Positions 46,100 to 59,741 of a stretch of 64,000 bases of DNA are shown one piece after another. Numbering within the stretch: position 1 is the first letter of the stretch; every line of letters begins with the position of its first letter. The stretch is taken from the NCBI GenBank assembly GCA_001643675.2, contig LSRY02000036.1, positions 992,001-1,056,000 of the forward strand. Direction: 5' to 3'. Both the position numbers and the translations under genes were made by a program. The DNA comes from Monocercomonoides exilis PA203 (Eukaryota > Protista > Preaxostyla). The notes beneath the pieces are model-generated. The model saw only the letters and a program-made list of their open reading frames with translations. It ran no database searches and had not been told where the DNA came from.

Positions 46100-49000
46100 G
46101 CTGACATTTTTAACAAAATATTATGAAGAGAAACAACGCTTTTTCTGTTTTTCTGTTCGTTGTTATGGATATCATGATCAAAATGCATCATTTTCTTTGA
46201 ATATGATTGTCCATTGTTGGAATGAGAGATCAGCAAACGAATATTTTCTGCAGGATAGGAGATATTATTTTGCGTGGTGGAACGAAACAACGACAGCGGG
46301 GAATTGGTGATGGAATTAAGCAAGATGATTTTTTTGAAAATCATCTTTGAAGGAAATTTATTTTCCAAAATAACATATGAAAATTATGATGTTTGCATTT
46401 TTTATTATTCTTGTTCATTTTAAAGATGTTTCCATCTGTGGCCTTCTCAGAGTGCAAGAATCTGATAAATTATATAAATGGCCATTTCTTTGCTTTTCTG
46501 AAGAGAATATCAGAAGAGAGGCGAATTCCGAGATATAATCAGCAAATGAGAATTGAAGATTTTAAGTGTTCAGTTGGGAGAGGATGAAAGCAAATCCGAT
46601 GGAAAAGCATTTTGATGAGAATGAAAAGAAGAATGCCAACAATTGGACAGCACTTGGAAAGAAAATATGAAGAATATTATTTTGTCTGAAAAAAATGTGG
46701 ATGATAATATCGAAAGCAGGATATTTACGTGGGAAAAAAGGATGACAGAGAAAGGAGCACTGGGAAACAATGGGAAAGGAGATTGACAACATCGGTGATT
46801 GAACAATCTTCAGCTTTTGTGATTGGAAAGTCAGGTGTGTTCTTTTGAGGAATTTTTATCATCAATGCTTTTCTAATTATTATTTTTATTTCAAATCTTT
46901 TTTCTCATTCCAACCAACAACATTTTTTATGTTGAGCGTCATTCTCAGGGGAAATCTATTTCAAGTTGCATTTTTGCGGATTATATGGTTTCTTCTTCTC
47001 CTCCTCCAATCTCTTCATTGACGAGATTTTTTAAATTTTACTGATGGAAAGAACGCCTTCTTCGTGTTTGAGAATTTGTTGTTTGAATAGCCATTAAATC
47101 CTCATGATGCAACATTAAAAATATTTTCCTTCTCTTGCTGCTGTTGTCTGATATGCAATTCGAATCTGTTCTTAATGTCTGCATTTTCTTCAGATGAGTT
47201 TTGTTCGCCTTTGTCGCCCAGCTCGTCAAAAGGGTATCATCAAACTCATTTCATTCCATTTCTCTTTCAGATGCTTTTTCTTATTTTTCTTCTGTTTCTC
47301 CCTCCTCTCCTTACTCTTCATATTAATCATTATTATCATTCCTCCTCCTCCTCTTCTTCAACTTCCTCAAAATCAAATTCAAAAATTTCTCAATAGGAAA
47401 ATAATTTTATTATATTGAGCCCCGATTGCAGAAAAATCATTGTCATTTCTATAATCGATATTTTTGTTTAGAAGTGAACGAAACGTTGTTCAGAAAGCAT
47501 CATCAAAGAAAGAAAAGTTTCTTAATCCGAGTTTTTTGCCAGAGGTGCAAAATACATGTGCTTATTTGGATTAAATTAAAAGAAAAATGCACCAGAAGAG
47601 AGAGGAATTTTTTTCACAATATTTGCTCTTCTTCTTCTTCCTCTTTTGTTGCCAACAACTATCTTTGGGTAATTTTCTTCTTCATCTTCTTCCTTTTTTG
47701 GGATGCAGAATAGAAAAAATTGAGCGAATCTGATTCAAATCCATTCTTTTTGAGCATTGCTCGAAAAGATATTGCTTTTGGAGATTCTTTTTTGGAAAAT
47801 GTTAACAACCTTTCACTAAACACAGATGAATGAAACAAAGAGAAGATTGCTAAAGAATAAAAAAGTTACACAGAGAAGACTAGGAAATCAGCCCAATCGA
47901 AAAGAGAGACAAGTCTCTTTCACAGAAATGGATTTGGCACTTTCTTTTAAATGAGTGTATTTTTGGAGAATTATTATCATGTTCTGACAGAACAACTATT
48001 TTATTCACAATTCAATTTGTGGGACATTTGAAGCAGAAGGCAGACATTGAATATCAGAAGACATTTCCATCTTCATGATTTTCTTCATCTTCATTGGTAA
48101 TTCAATCAACTTTCCCACTCACTGATTTATTTTTCAACATTTCATCCTTCTGTCAACGTTGCTGCTGATTTCTCGTTCATTGTTCATCTCTCTTGAAGCT
48201 CATCTCTTTCGACAAAAATCATCATTGTTCATCTTCTTCATCACCATTTTCCAAAAACACATTTTGTTTCAAATTCTTCTTGAATAGCCATCAACAAACA
48301 TGAAACGCTCAACATTTGATATTTCTTCGTTCTTCTTATTCTTCTATCATCATCAAAGACAGCATAAGAATGTTTAACAGAATTTCTTCTTCTTCTGCTG
48401 CTGCACTTTGAATGTTTATGAAAACAGAAAAATTGGAGAATGGAAGAGAAAAGGCAAATGAAGACTTTTCCATCGAACACATCAATCATTTGCATCAAAG
48501 CTGTGAATTCATTTACTTCGTCTTTTCAATTTATCCTCAGCAAGCAAAAATGAAAGGTTTTATATTTTCATGAATTCATTGCTTTTGTATTGAGCTTGAG
48601 ATAAAAGCGGATTTGGAAGAATGGATTTTTGGAACATTTCATGAATTGAAGAAAAATGGAGAGGAAAAGAAGAGAGAAAGGAAAAGAATAATTTTGAGCG
48701 AAGATTAAGGGATATCAGTTAAGGAAAGAGAATAAGGACGGAAAATGTTTGATGAACAAAGAAATATTTATTTATGAGATAACAAAGCAACTGAAGAGGA
48801 AATTCAATTGAAGAATAACTTTTGGATGATATTGTGAGAAAAGAATGTGAGTGAGGTGTCTTCTCTTTCTCCATCAATTGGAAAAGGCAGAAGAAAACAG
48901 AATGATGAAAGAAAAAGGAAGAAAAAGAGAAAGAAATTAAATTTGAATGAAATTATGAAGAATTGCATTTTGAGACGAAATGAATGAAACGAGTGTCCTT

Positions 49001-49700
49001 ATTCAAGAAGAAGAGATGAAAGGAATGAAGAGAAAAGCGAAGGAAGACAAATTGAAAAGAAAGAAAAAGGAAAAAGAGATATGAAAAACTGAACAAAAAA
49101 TGAAAAGAATGCGAAGAGCAATAAATTCTGATTGGTTTGTTTTGTCATTCCCATTCTGAATTGGAGCAATTGATTAGTTTCTTCTTCAGCCATGTTTTCT
49201 ATTGTTGTCTTTGGTGCTCATAAAGCTGATCACTGGATTCTTCATTAAAGTTTTCATCACAATTGCTGCAAAATCCTTTTCAAGAAATTTCATTTCGTTC
49301 TTCTTCTTCATCTTCATCATTGTCTTCCTCTTCTCATGCATTGGCGCCAAATTATATTTAGGAATTAAAAAGCAGACAGAATTTGTGAATGAAGAAGCTA
49401 ACAAACAAACAAAGGCAGAAATGGACCAGTGATGAACGGGAAAGTGTGAAAAATGTCATTTGACTGAATATTGCTGGAAGGGAAGCCAGTTGTTTCTTGG
49501 GTGTTTTGAATCTCTCGAAATAGATGAAATGACTCTGTGAAAACGATGGAGAACAAAGAAACAGTTTTTGGAGAGAAATATTTGCTTGTAGAGAAAAACA
49601 ATTGAAACCACATTAAGTGGGAAATTCGAAGAGAAAATTAAGAGAAATCGTAAATGAACAAAAGAACGAAGAATTCAACTGTCACTTAAAAGAAAATGAT
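46100..49700. pseudogene. Mosaic of heavily decayed gene-family relics
   Basis: Coding-like composition without long ORFs. KCSVG/EDESK near 46565-46590 echoes RCTAGEDESK of the 55691-58186 protein. Segments near 47080 and 48275 resemble each other (TGAATAGCCAT). Confidence 0.35.
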
Positions 49701-49911
49701 GAATCCAACTTGTTATTTGATAAAGATTTTCGTTGAAATGATTGGAATTTGAGAGATATCTAAACTGTTCATCTTTTTATGTATCTTTTCTTCATTAAAA
49801 AGAAATGAAAAATTATTTAAAAAATCTCAACATATTGCTCCTTTTTGATATGGTGAATTAATGGGAAAAGAAAAGAAAAATACAATACTGAAGTGAATTT
49901 ATTGCATTTCG

Positions 49912-51349
49912 TTAAACACATATAAAATGTTCTTCTAAATCAACCGAAAATCTTGAATAAAACTTTCTGTTCAGAAAAGCAAATGTTTGAAGAAAGCTTG
50001 TGATGCTGTCTTCGTGTCCTTCCTCTTCCATCTTTTCAAATACCTCCATTTTTATAATCTTTCTTTTCGATTCGACAAAGTCATATTCCACATTTCTTTT
50101 CAATCTCCATAAAATCAATTCAAAAAATATCAAGCTTTCAAATGCCACCTTGTCATCCAACGTTGGTTGCTGAATCTCCTTCAAAACAATATTAACTGCT
50201 CCGCTTTTAAGCAAGCCATAGACTTCTACAGATCTGTTTCTCACTGCTCCATAAAATAAAGTGATGCATCTATTGCAAATTTCACAATAATTATCGTTTG
50301 CTGCTTGAAATACCCCAGCAATGCAGCCAAAAAGCTTTGAAAATGATTCACTCCACAATTTGCATGAATCAAAGAAATTATACAAAGTTCTGAGCCAATT
50401 CATCAAAAGCAAAACTTCTTCCGTTTCTTTTCATCTTTTTCCTTTCTCTCTCTTCCAATCCACTCGTTTTTTCAATTCATCCAGTTCTCTTTTTGTCTCT
50501 CTCACGAAATGCAGCTCGTTTATTATTGTCTCATCCAAACGATCATCGAAGAATAATCTACAGATCAAAAACTGCCAAGCAGACTGATACGCAAGCTGTG
50601 TGAGGTTATGATGTTCCTGATGATATTGGATAATTTCTGTAATCTCATTCAAAAAAAGTTCTTTTTTCATTTCCTGTTCAAAAAAAGAGAGAAACAATTC
50701 AACAAGGTTAAAAATATGATAGAAATTCTCACACAGAATATTCATCAATGCAACTCAGCGCAATCAAAGCCATTTCCACTTCTTTCTGAGCCTCTTCGTT
50801 TTCCTCTTTTTTCAACGCAACTGTGAAAAGACATGGAACACAAATCGTTATCAATTTTGGTGGAAAGAAGCGGACCAGAGAAACGTAGCATTCACAAAGT
50901 TCAACCAGAAGCTTTTCGTTCTTAACTTTCTTCTTCTTTTTTTCTTCAAAAATCATCCTTTTAAATCTTTCGCTTAAGGAAGATCTTTCAAAACTTAAGA
51001 TATTCAGGCGATTCAATGCTTTGCAACGCCCAATGCGTTTCAATAACACAATAGAATTCCCAATCGAGAGTTTCTCTTCGTCAATCATTTCATGGATTTA
51101 TTGAACAGTTCTTTTGAGAAAATGGAATCAAATTCTTTTTCACTCATCCAATCCATTATTCCATTCATCTCTTCGATTTTCTGTCTCTGCATATCTTTAT
51201 TGCAGAGTTGAAGCGTCGAACACAGTTCTAATAAAACAATAATCATCACAATCAGAAATTCAAATGAACGTTCACAAGCCAGAAAACTTCTCTGTTCTGG
51301 ACATCTCCAGAATCACATCTTCATGCTCTCTATTATCGTGGGAAATCAT
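49912..51349 (-). pseudogene. Helical multigene family, copy 2 (frameshifted)
   Basis: EIIQYHQEHHNLTQLAYQSAWQF and KMEEEGHED motifs. Frameshifts near 51090 and 50430. The first intron donor reads GC. Confidence 0.8.
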
Positions 51350-51830
51350 GCTTCTTACAGAAAATAAGTTAATTTATGTGATAAGTTTAGCAATTAACGA
51401 AATAAAAGACAAATTCAAGCATAGTTGATGATCTCACAAAATGAAAGGGATACAAACGCAAAACAATTTGTTTTTCTTATCAAAATAGTATGAAAAGAAT
51501 ATTCAGCAAAATCAACGATTTTGGCTGCAAAAGGCCAGAAAAGCAGATGTTTTGATTGTTTGATCAAGCCAACAAAAAATAGAAGTGTGGAAATTGATCA
51601 GTTTATTATTAAAATTGTTAATTGAGTTTGATTTTTATTGTTGTGAAATTGGATATGCCAATTACACATAAACTGAGATTTACAGAAAAAAGAAAAAGTT
51701 ACAAAACAATCTAATTCATAAAAGAAAAGTCTTTTTCGAAGATAAACGAAGTAGATTCAGATTAAAAAAAAGGAAAACAAATGCTTGCAAACTCAATGAA
51801 TTTCATTTGATTATTTATTCTTGTTTTTTC

Positions 51831-52311
51831 GGCAAAGGGCTACTTTAAGGGTACCTAAAAAAGTTTTAATAAGCTTCATGAAAAGGCTAAATGTTTCCAA
51901 TTGAACTTTCATCAACACTCTTTGGTGTTGACAATATGTTTTATTAATCATCGAACTTTTTTAGGGTTTTCGTTCTCAAAAACAACTGACCCCTAATTGA
52001 AATTTTGAACAACTTTTTTGAAAAGTTAATTAAATAACAATAAAAAGACATTTTTAGGTTTATAAATTTGAATATTTGTGCTATTTGCAATTGTTTGAGT
52101 TGAAAATAACTCAATTTAAGTATTTTAATGAAGTTTGAAAAAAGTCTCGTAAAACTTAAGATTTGAATAAAAAAACATTCAATCATTTTCAGTTTTGATC
52201 AATTGGTTATTATAAACCTAATGAATTTATAATATCTTAACATTGCATTTTTAAGCTATTTATTCATGGATTTAACGAAAAAATCGGGTACCCTTAAAGT
52301 AGCATCTTGCC
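51831..52311. mobile_element. 481-bp MITE with 25-bp TIRs and 8-bp target-site duplication (Merlin-like)
   Basis: Left end GGCAAAGGGCTACTTTAAGGGTACC; right end reverse complement GGCAAGATGCTACTTTAAGGGTACC (22/25). GTTTTTTC at both 51823-51830 and 52312-52319. Confidence 0.88.
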
Positions 52312-53199
52312 GTTTTTTCAATTTTCAGTTTTCATTCAAGATGACTCATCGGATTATTGAAAGGAAAAAAAACCAAAAACCAAAAATCAAAAATGAATTG
52401 TCGATTCTATTCTAAAATCAGTCAAACAGCAGAATGAAATGTTAAAATGGTTTAACAGCGAAATGAACAAAAAATGAAAATTCTTGAAGGTCATCTCCAA
52501 CATCAAGGATGGCAGGACAAATGATTGGCAGAATAGCTTCAATGTTTGAAAAACACCTTTCTCTTTTGTTTTCATCAAATGCTTTGAACACCAAATATCC
52601 ATTTTTCTTCGATTGAATGGAGATCAGATGAGAAATGTCGCAAATGCAGCTGTTTCATGAGAAGCATCCAGGAAGCACAACAATTCAACAACACCTTCAA
52701 TTGTTCATCAAAAACCCAGAAGAAATGATTTAGAGAATTCAGCTGCAATCCCAAATGAATAAAGAGAGTAGAAGGGTATTCTGATTAATTGTCAGAATGC
52801 TTCCTTTTGCACACACTTTTCTCTTTTTTGAATTAATCAGAAATACTTCTATGGAATTCAATGGCTACCGCATCTTATCTCCATGGCTGATGAAAATGAT
52901 GGACATCCTTTTTTGAATGTCTCTTCAATCCTTCCTTTTTTTCTTTTCCCTCTGCAAATAGCACACTCTGCAGAAGAAATTTCTTCCATTTCAATCCTGT
53001 CTCATCCAAAACTCTCAAAATGCTTAATCTGCTAAATCATATTATTTTCCAAGTAATTATCTGTCTCTTGTATTTTTGAACTTGTGATTCTCGATACAAT
53101 TGAATCTCCATCATTCACAACCACAACCATTCGCATCGACATCTTCTTGTTGAATCTTTGCTATTCTATTGGAAACACCAAAAGAAAGAAACTTTATTG

Positions 53200-55200
53200 T
53201 ATCTTCATTGATTCCATATGTTTTTGAAATGGTTACATGAAGGATTCATTCGTAACTTATTATTGTTTCACTTCTTCTTTCAACTCCTTTCATTTTTCGT
53301 TTGCTATTAAATTCTTTCAGCCTATTATCATCTTCCCATGAATTCCCAAATAAGCTAATAAGATCATTCTCATTCGGTGAAATGCAATTTGAAAGAATCT
53401 ATTTCTCAGACAGACATATTCTGCACACAACGCTCCTTCTCCAATACATTTTTCATATTCTTCTTCTTTTTCATAAATTTTTTTCATCGCCTCTTCTTCG
53501 CCTTTTTTGTATTTTTCGTCTTCTCTGCCTTTTCCTTATCCTTCCTTCTCCTCTCCTCCTCCTCCACCACCTTCTTCTTCTTCTTCAATTTCTTTAACAT
53601 CATCATCTTCTTCTTCTTCTTTATTGAGAGAAGCACTCCTGCTTGCTTTGCCATTCCGGAGGCTGCGAAGCTTTGAGAAGAAGGCGACAGGAGATGATAA
53701 GTCATCTTCGTCTTCATCATCATCATAAGCTCCTAAGATTGACCCTTCTGAGATATTATGGAAGTATCAAACAAGTCCGCAGCTGGGATTGACGATATAA
53801 ATATACGACTGTGGATTGTGGCGCCTGAGGCGGCTGGAATTTATACAAATCAAAGAAGTGGTTGCTGAGAGCGCTGCAGACGCTATGGGGTTGTGTTGTG
53901 TGTTCCCGCTATGCAGATCTTTCTGCGATGATTTCGGTTCCGTTGGTAGCGCCGCTTCCGTCGCTTGCAGCGTCTATGGGCACGAAGTCGGGGAGCAAGC
54001 GGATCTTTGCAGCGGCATATGTGAACGCGTTCCCGTAGATCTGCGATCTGCTAAACCCATCGCTGCAGATATGGTGATCGTCTCAGTTGAAATATTTGGT
54101 GGTGAAGCTGGACGAGGAAGTGATGGAATGAGGGATTGGAGTGTGTGAAGTGTGGGAGATTGTGGAGAAAGGGCTGTTGGTGGAGGGGCTGAGGATGGAG
54201 GATGTGGTTCTGTCAAAAGCAGCGATTGCACTGGCGGTGCTGGAGGAGCGAGAAAAGGAGGAATGAAGAGGAATGAAGAAGAAGAAGAAGAAGAAGAAGA
54301 TGCTGTTGAAAGTGTACAATAATATTGCTATCTCAAATCATCAACATATGGTTGTCACACAAAGGCACTAAGATTTCTGTCTGCTCATTTTGCAATTCCT
54401 TTAAAGGCATATGATGGAATGTGATTGAAGCAATCCTCTCAACTTTTGTAATCCTTTCAAAAGCGTGGGCTGAAATTGAAGTTGTTGATCTTCATTTCTC
54501 ATGTTTCAATTGCATAATAACAAATAACGATGCTTCCATTAATAATAAACCATAAATTATGGGCACGAATTTTGAACGCAAAAGAAGATCATTCAAACCA
54601 AAATCTCACCATTCTCCAATCGCACTGCTTTGCATTGTTTTCTAAGTTTTTGTTCGCAAGAAATATCCTTCCCCTGATATTGCCAGCCACTTTCCTTGCC
54701 CAAAAAATACCACAAACTGCTCCACTGCCTTATGCTCCAAAATTCTATATAATTTTGTGCAGATTTTGTCTTTCACAGAATTCCTTCCATAAATCTTCAT
54801 TCAATGAAACATCAGTTGAATTTGTTTTCATCTCTTGTTCCAAATAAAAATCATGTATCTTGCGTGACTTCTTTTATATCCAAATTTCTATATAACAATC
54901 AGCTCCGTTTTCATCGTATTGCTCCACAAAGCGGGGATTGGCCATTTCAACAATAACTCATATTCCTGCACTTTGGAAATGATACAGACGGAAACATCTT
55001 CACAATCAATAGAAAAATAAAAATCACATCTATTATGTCTTTTTGTGTTATTGGTAAAATTGTTGTATTTCTTCTATCTTCCAATTAACAAAAATCATCA
55101 GACAGAATTTCAGCATAATTGCATCTCCACCATTGTCTGTTGTAATCACATGAAATAATATTTTTAGTTCTACAGGCAATGTTCACTTACAAAATTCTCA
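53200..55200 (-). pseudogene. Decayed gene relics: an S/P-rich plus acidic segment (53.2-54.3 kb) and a beta-helix-like relic (54.4-55.2 kb)
   Basis: One minus-strand frame runs through 53974-54231 and beyond with scattered stops. DNGGDA- and GSGAV-like fragments occur further right. Confidence 0.4.
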
Positions 55201-55690
55201 TTCTGTGAATGGAATATTCCGTTTTTTCTAATCTGATGATCATTGAATCTATAACAAAAACTTGAAGTTATTCAAATAAAATACAAAAAAAATTTAATTG
55301 TGACTTTCAATAAAGAAGAATGTATATTGAATTGAATGTTTAATTATTTGTTTAAAATTTACTCAAAAAGAAAAAAAAGAATTCTATAAAAAAAATATTT
55401 TTTATGTTATTAGATGTTGGTTTTGATAGGGAATTGAAACAAACCAAAAAAGTCAAAATGGCATGTTGATATAAAAAATCAACTGAATTGAACGAAAAAA
55501 TGCTGATGGTGAATAACAATTGGTGTGTGAAATGAAACAAATCTTCGAATTACATTTCAACAAATAATCACACTTTCAATGCGATTAATGAGGAAGAAAA
55601 GATTAGAAAAATACTATGATACTCACAAATATATGTTTTTTAAAATAAAAACTTAGTTAAATTGCTCTGAAAGAATTGGAAATCTCAATT

Positions 55691-58186
55691 CTACTCCTGG
55701 CTGCTCATTTCTTGTTCTTTGCTTTCATCTTTGTTCTCATCTTTGCTTCCCTCGTTGTCTCCATCTTTGTTGCTTTTGACCTTCCTTTTCTTGACAACAA
55801 TAACAATAACAACCACAACCACTGCAACAACAACAACAACTATCGGAACGACAATTGCAACAACAGTTCCAGCATTTGATTTCTTATCTTCTGGAGAAAG
55901 ATCTTCTGTCTTCTTCAAATATTTCTCATACACATCAGTTGGTTCTGATTCTTCATCTTTTGCTCCCACAATCCATCCAACTGTCGAATCATCGTAATCA
56001 TTCGCAAATTCGAATGCACCTTCCTGTTTGCAGAACTCATCAAAATCTGGGGCAACAATGAATATTGATCTTGCTGTTGAATTCGCTGTGTTTGAGCTAT
56101 CAATCTCAAGATTGTTTGCAGAAGGAAGTTGAAGATTCGATATCGTCTTTGGCATTTCAATTATTATTGCCCCTGCTTTCCCCTCTGGTGCTGTGCATGA
56201 CTTGAATGTGCATTTGTTGTTTCTTCCAATTGCCACTGTTGATTCTTCTGAGAACAAAACGATCTGCAGTCCAGCTGTATCTCCTATCTTTGAATTGACT
56301 TCACGAATATTCAATCCCTCAATAGAAATTTTCACAGCTTCGTCTAATGGTTCCGTAATATAAATTGCTGCATTGTTTGAAATTTTCACATTGCTGATCT
56401 CCACTCCATTCAAAGACACTTCTTTTGGTCCGCTGAAATAAAACGTTGATGAAGAAAACGAGACGGTGTCACCGTTATCTGTGCATGTGACGGTGTTCAT
56501 TGCAACTTTCCCCCTCAAAACGCACACAAGAATGCCTACAACGAAATCATCTTCATTATCATTTGCAGTCGTTTCATCGGATAATGATTGCGAACTTACT
56601 CTGACAAATCGGCAATTGCTGATGGAAAGTGATGCTGACATTTCATTTCCGAAGATTAAAGAATTCCATTTGTTCTCTAACGTGGGAAAGTTAAATGCTA
56701 AATACTTGAATTCCACCTCCTTTTCGCACGTCAATAAATAAAATGAATCTCTGGCACCACAATTGACAGTCGCTTCTCCATTTCCATTTCCGTCGCTGTT
56801 CACTCCTTCAATGATTATTCCACGACTCTTGCTAAATGTAATTTCTTCGGCTTGGATAGGATCATCCGACTTTAATATTGAAATGCCAAATATGTCTTCT
56901 CTCGTGATCATTCCCAACAATTCATTGGCCTCCTTCAAACTGTAAATTGGTCTTTCTGAGCTTTCACCATTCCCAGTGCCTCCAGACTTCACATAAATCT
57001 TTGAAGCATCTTGCGATGGAGGCAGCAAAGGATCTAAATACTTGGATATAAAATCAATTTCTTCGTAATTATATTTTTCAATTCCAGCGACATTCCACAT
57101 GTTTCTGCTTCGTGTGTAATTCGCTGCAAAACTCTTCTTCATTGCATTTGCAATGTCTTCGAATAATGAATCATCAGTCATCTTCAAATATATTCCAATA
57201 TTCCTTTTTGATTCGTCTTCTCCAGCTGTGCATCTGTCAAATATCAGATTCGTTCCGTCTTCGGGCCATTTAACCTGATTTGCTGATTTAATTGCAAGCA
57301 TTTGTAGATATATTCCTCCAGAACCATTATAATGATTGCAACTGCAAGATGAAAAAGTAGTAACTCCTCCATCTCCAACAGTAAAAATGCTTTGGACATT
57401 GGAAGTATAAAAATACAATGTTCCGTAAGTACTCGAATAACATTCCGAAAACGTACTTCCATTCAATGTTACATCACATTTATTGTTACATGAGAACTGA
57501 ATTACACTTTCCGCATTTGTCTCAACTTTCTTCAAAGTTAAATTTGACAATATCACTGTTTCACATTCACTGACATAAAACAATTCTCTTTTCGATGTTA
57601 ATGTATTTTCTTCATCCGCGCACTCAACTGAGTCCAATGTCAATGATCCTCTAGATACAAACACAAGATAAATATCAGTGTGACATCCTTCACTTTCAGG
57701 TCGAATAAATCTGCAGTTGCTAATTGACAAGGATGCCATGAAACTGTATATCAAATTAAACGATCCATCCTTTTGACTTTCATTTCTCAACGTTGTTGGG
57801 AAGTGAAACGCCAAGTATTTGAATTCCACAGTGCCTTCACACTTGAATAGATTATTTCCTGGATGAACGTTACAGTCTATTGCCACTTCGGTATTTCCAT
57901 TTCCATTGCTATTCACTCCTTCAATCGTAATTCCTTTGTTCTTGCCGAAGGTTATCGCTTCTGCAGTCAATGGGCTATCGTCATAAACAATTTTCATGTT
58001 GCACGCGATGTCATTCCCCAACTTTTTATATGCACCGTTCAATGATGGCTTTTCCTGATCGATTGCCAATCCGCTATTTTCATCTTTCCCGCTTTGCTTT
58101 ACAAACACTGTTGTAATTGATTCAGATGGTTCCTCTTGCGAGTAAATCAATGTCAAAATTTGAAAAAGAATTAATCCAAAAAACAT
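55691..58186 (-). CDS. Type I membrane surface protein with two tandem ~370-aa beta-helix-like modules
   Basis: Signal MFFGLILFQILTLIYS. Duplicated motifs: VFVKQSG/IYVKSGG, GITIEGVNSNGNGN/GIIIEGVNSDGNGN, VEFKYLAFHFPT/VEFKYLAFNFPT and ASLSISNCRF twice. Poly-Val TM followed by KKRK. Confidence 0.85.
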   Translation of the reverse strand: MFFGLILFQILTLIYSQEEPSESITTVFVKQSGKDENSGLAIDQEKPSLNGAYKKLGNDIACNMKIVYDDSPLTAEAITFGKNKGITIEGVNSNGNGNTEVAIDCNVHPGNNLFKCEGTVEFKYLAFHFPTTLRNESQKDGSFNLIYSFMASLSISNCRFIRPESEGCHTDIYLVFVSRGSLTLDSVECADEENTLTSKRELFYVSECETVILSNLTLKKVETNAESVIQFSCNNKCDVTLNGSTFSECYSSTYGTLYFYTSNVQSIFTVGDGGVTTFSSCSCNHYNGSGGIYLQMLAIKSANQVKWPEDGTNLIFDRCTAGEDESKRNIGIYLKMTDDSLFEDIANAMKKSFAANYTRSRNMWNVAGIEKYNYEEIDFISKYLDPLLPPSQDASKIYVKSGGTGNGESSERPIYSLKEANELLGMITREDIFGISILKSDDPIQAEEITFSKSRGIIIEGVNSDGNGNGEATVNCGARDSFYLLTCEKEVEFKYLAFNFPTLENKWNSLIFGNEMSASLSISNCRFVRVSSQSLSDETTANDNEDDFVVGILVCVLRGKVAMNTVTCTDNGDTVSFSSSTFYFSGPKEVSLNGVEISNVKISNNAAIYITEPLDEAVKISIEGLNIREVNSKIGDTAGLQIVLFSEESTVAIGRNNKCTFKSCTAPEGKAGAIIIEMPKTISNLQLPSANNLEIDSSNTANSTARSIFIVAPDFDEFCKQEGAFEFANDYDDSTVGWIVGAKDEESEPTDVYEKYLKKTEDLSPEDKKSNAGTVVAIVVPIVVVVVAVVVVVIVIVVKKRKVKSNKDGDNEGSKDENKDESKEQEMSSQE

Positions 58187-59491
58187 CTTTAAAGCACTCT
58201 TCAAAATACAATTCTGATCAAAACTTATATAACCATAAAATTGTTCAAATCGATATGAGACAAAATCATTCACTTTTTGAATTTTGTTCCACACAATATT
58301 TACGATATTTTTCTCGATTATTGAATATTTCTGTAATTATTTGTATTGTTACTGTTGATTAATAATGAAATGATTGTAGAAAAAGTCTGGAACAAATCTC
58401 AGTTTTTTTCAAAAATGCAAAAATTTTGCACAAACGACAACATTTTTGTTGTTAAGAGCTGATGAATTTCTTGGATAAAAATGCAATCATCCATCTGTTG
58501 TTATTGCTTCACACGAAAATAACAGGAAGCTTCTCATATTGATTACAGAATGTACATAATCGCAGCACATCACTCAGCCAGATGTTTCATTTGTCTCGCA
58601 TGAAGCGAGCATTATTTGAAACGCATACACTCTTCCTTTTATAATTTTCTCTTCCAAAATTGATTGGAAAATCCTATATATTCCAAGAAGAAAACTTTTC
58701 TAGGTGAACTGCTTTCAACAATGAACAAATGGAAAGTATTCGTGTGACATATATTTTCAATTCATTTTATCATTTTTGCATTTTTTTGCTTATAAGGAGT
58801 CAGAATAATATGGGTAATTATTTTCGAAATTATATTTTATCTTTCAATAATCTCGGTCCGATAATTTCCCTTGGATATCAACAAAAAACATTAAAAAGTG
58901 AAAAAGCTGAATAAAGACATCTTCTTCTTTGTTTTTGACAATTCATTAATTCTAACAACAGTTGTAATAAATTTAACATTTGAATACAAAATCTCATCCC
59001 AATAATCAATAACCTTTGAAAAAATAGCACCTGAAATAAGTTATGAATTCAAAATAATCACCCGTGTCAAAAATTAATCACATATATGTTTTTTGTCTGC
59101 GCCTCATATCCACTGAGCAAAAACAGAAATATAATATTTCAAAAAGCAACACAATAACTGGTTCGCTTTAAAATATTGTGCAAATCGGATATAATCATAT
59201 CGGTTTTCGCACGACTTTTCATAACTGTATCCAATTTTGATTATTTACGACGTGACTTAACATTAAAAAAACAATTATTTTATTATTCATAAACAAATTT
59301 TGGGTCAATTTTTTTCATTTTTGGAAATTCTTCACAAAAACATATTTTTCAATAGAAATCACTATTTTTTATGATTTATTAGGTTGCTCAAACTTATTTG
59401 AACAAGTTTTGAAAAATCAAAAAATAGAGATTTCGGAATAATTAATTGATTTTTCAATGAAAAAACAACCCATAATGAAATTAAATGTGAT

Positions 59492-59741
59492 TATATGGGT
59501 GATTATTTTTCAAAAGTCGCAAATGTTTAATACTCTAATGAATCAAAATTTTCACATTTAGCTCATATTTTTGTTTCCACTCACCAAACTTCACTTATAT
59601 GGAATATATTTCTGGATAATGTTGTTTCATTCATTCTGAAGAAATTTCGTGAGTGAAAATAGAAATTTGAATAAAATGTGGAATTTTTAATTCATAAGAA
59701 AATTAAACATTTGCAGCATTTCAAAAAGAATTATCCATATA
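59492..59741. repeat. Degenerate ~100-bp inverted repeat pair (old MITE/foldback)
   Basis: 59492-59593 aligns imperfectly with the reverse complement of 59637-59741 (TATATGG..GCAAATGTTTAAT..ATGAAT..CACATTT..CACTCAC). Confidence 0.65.
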
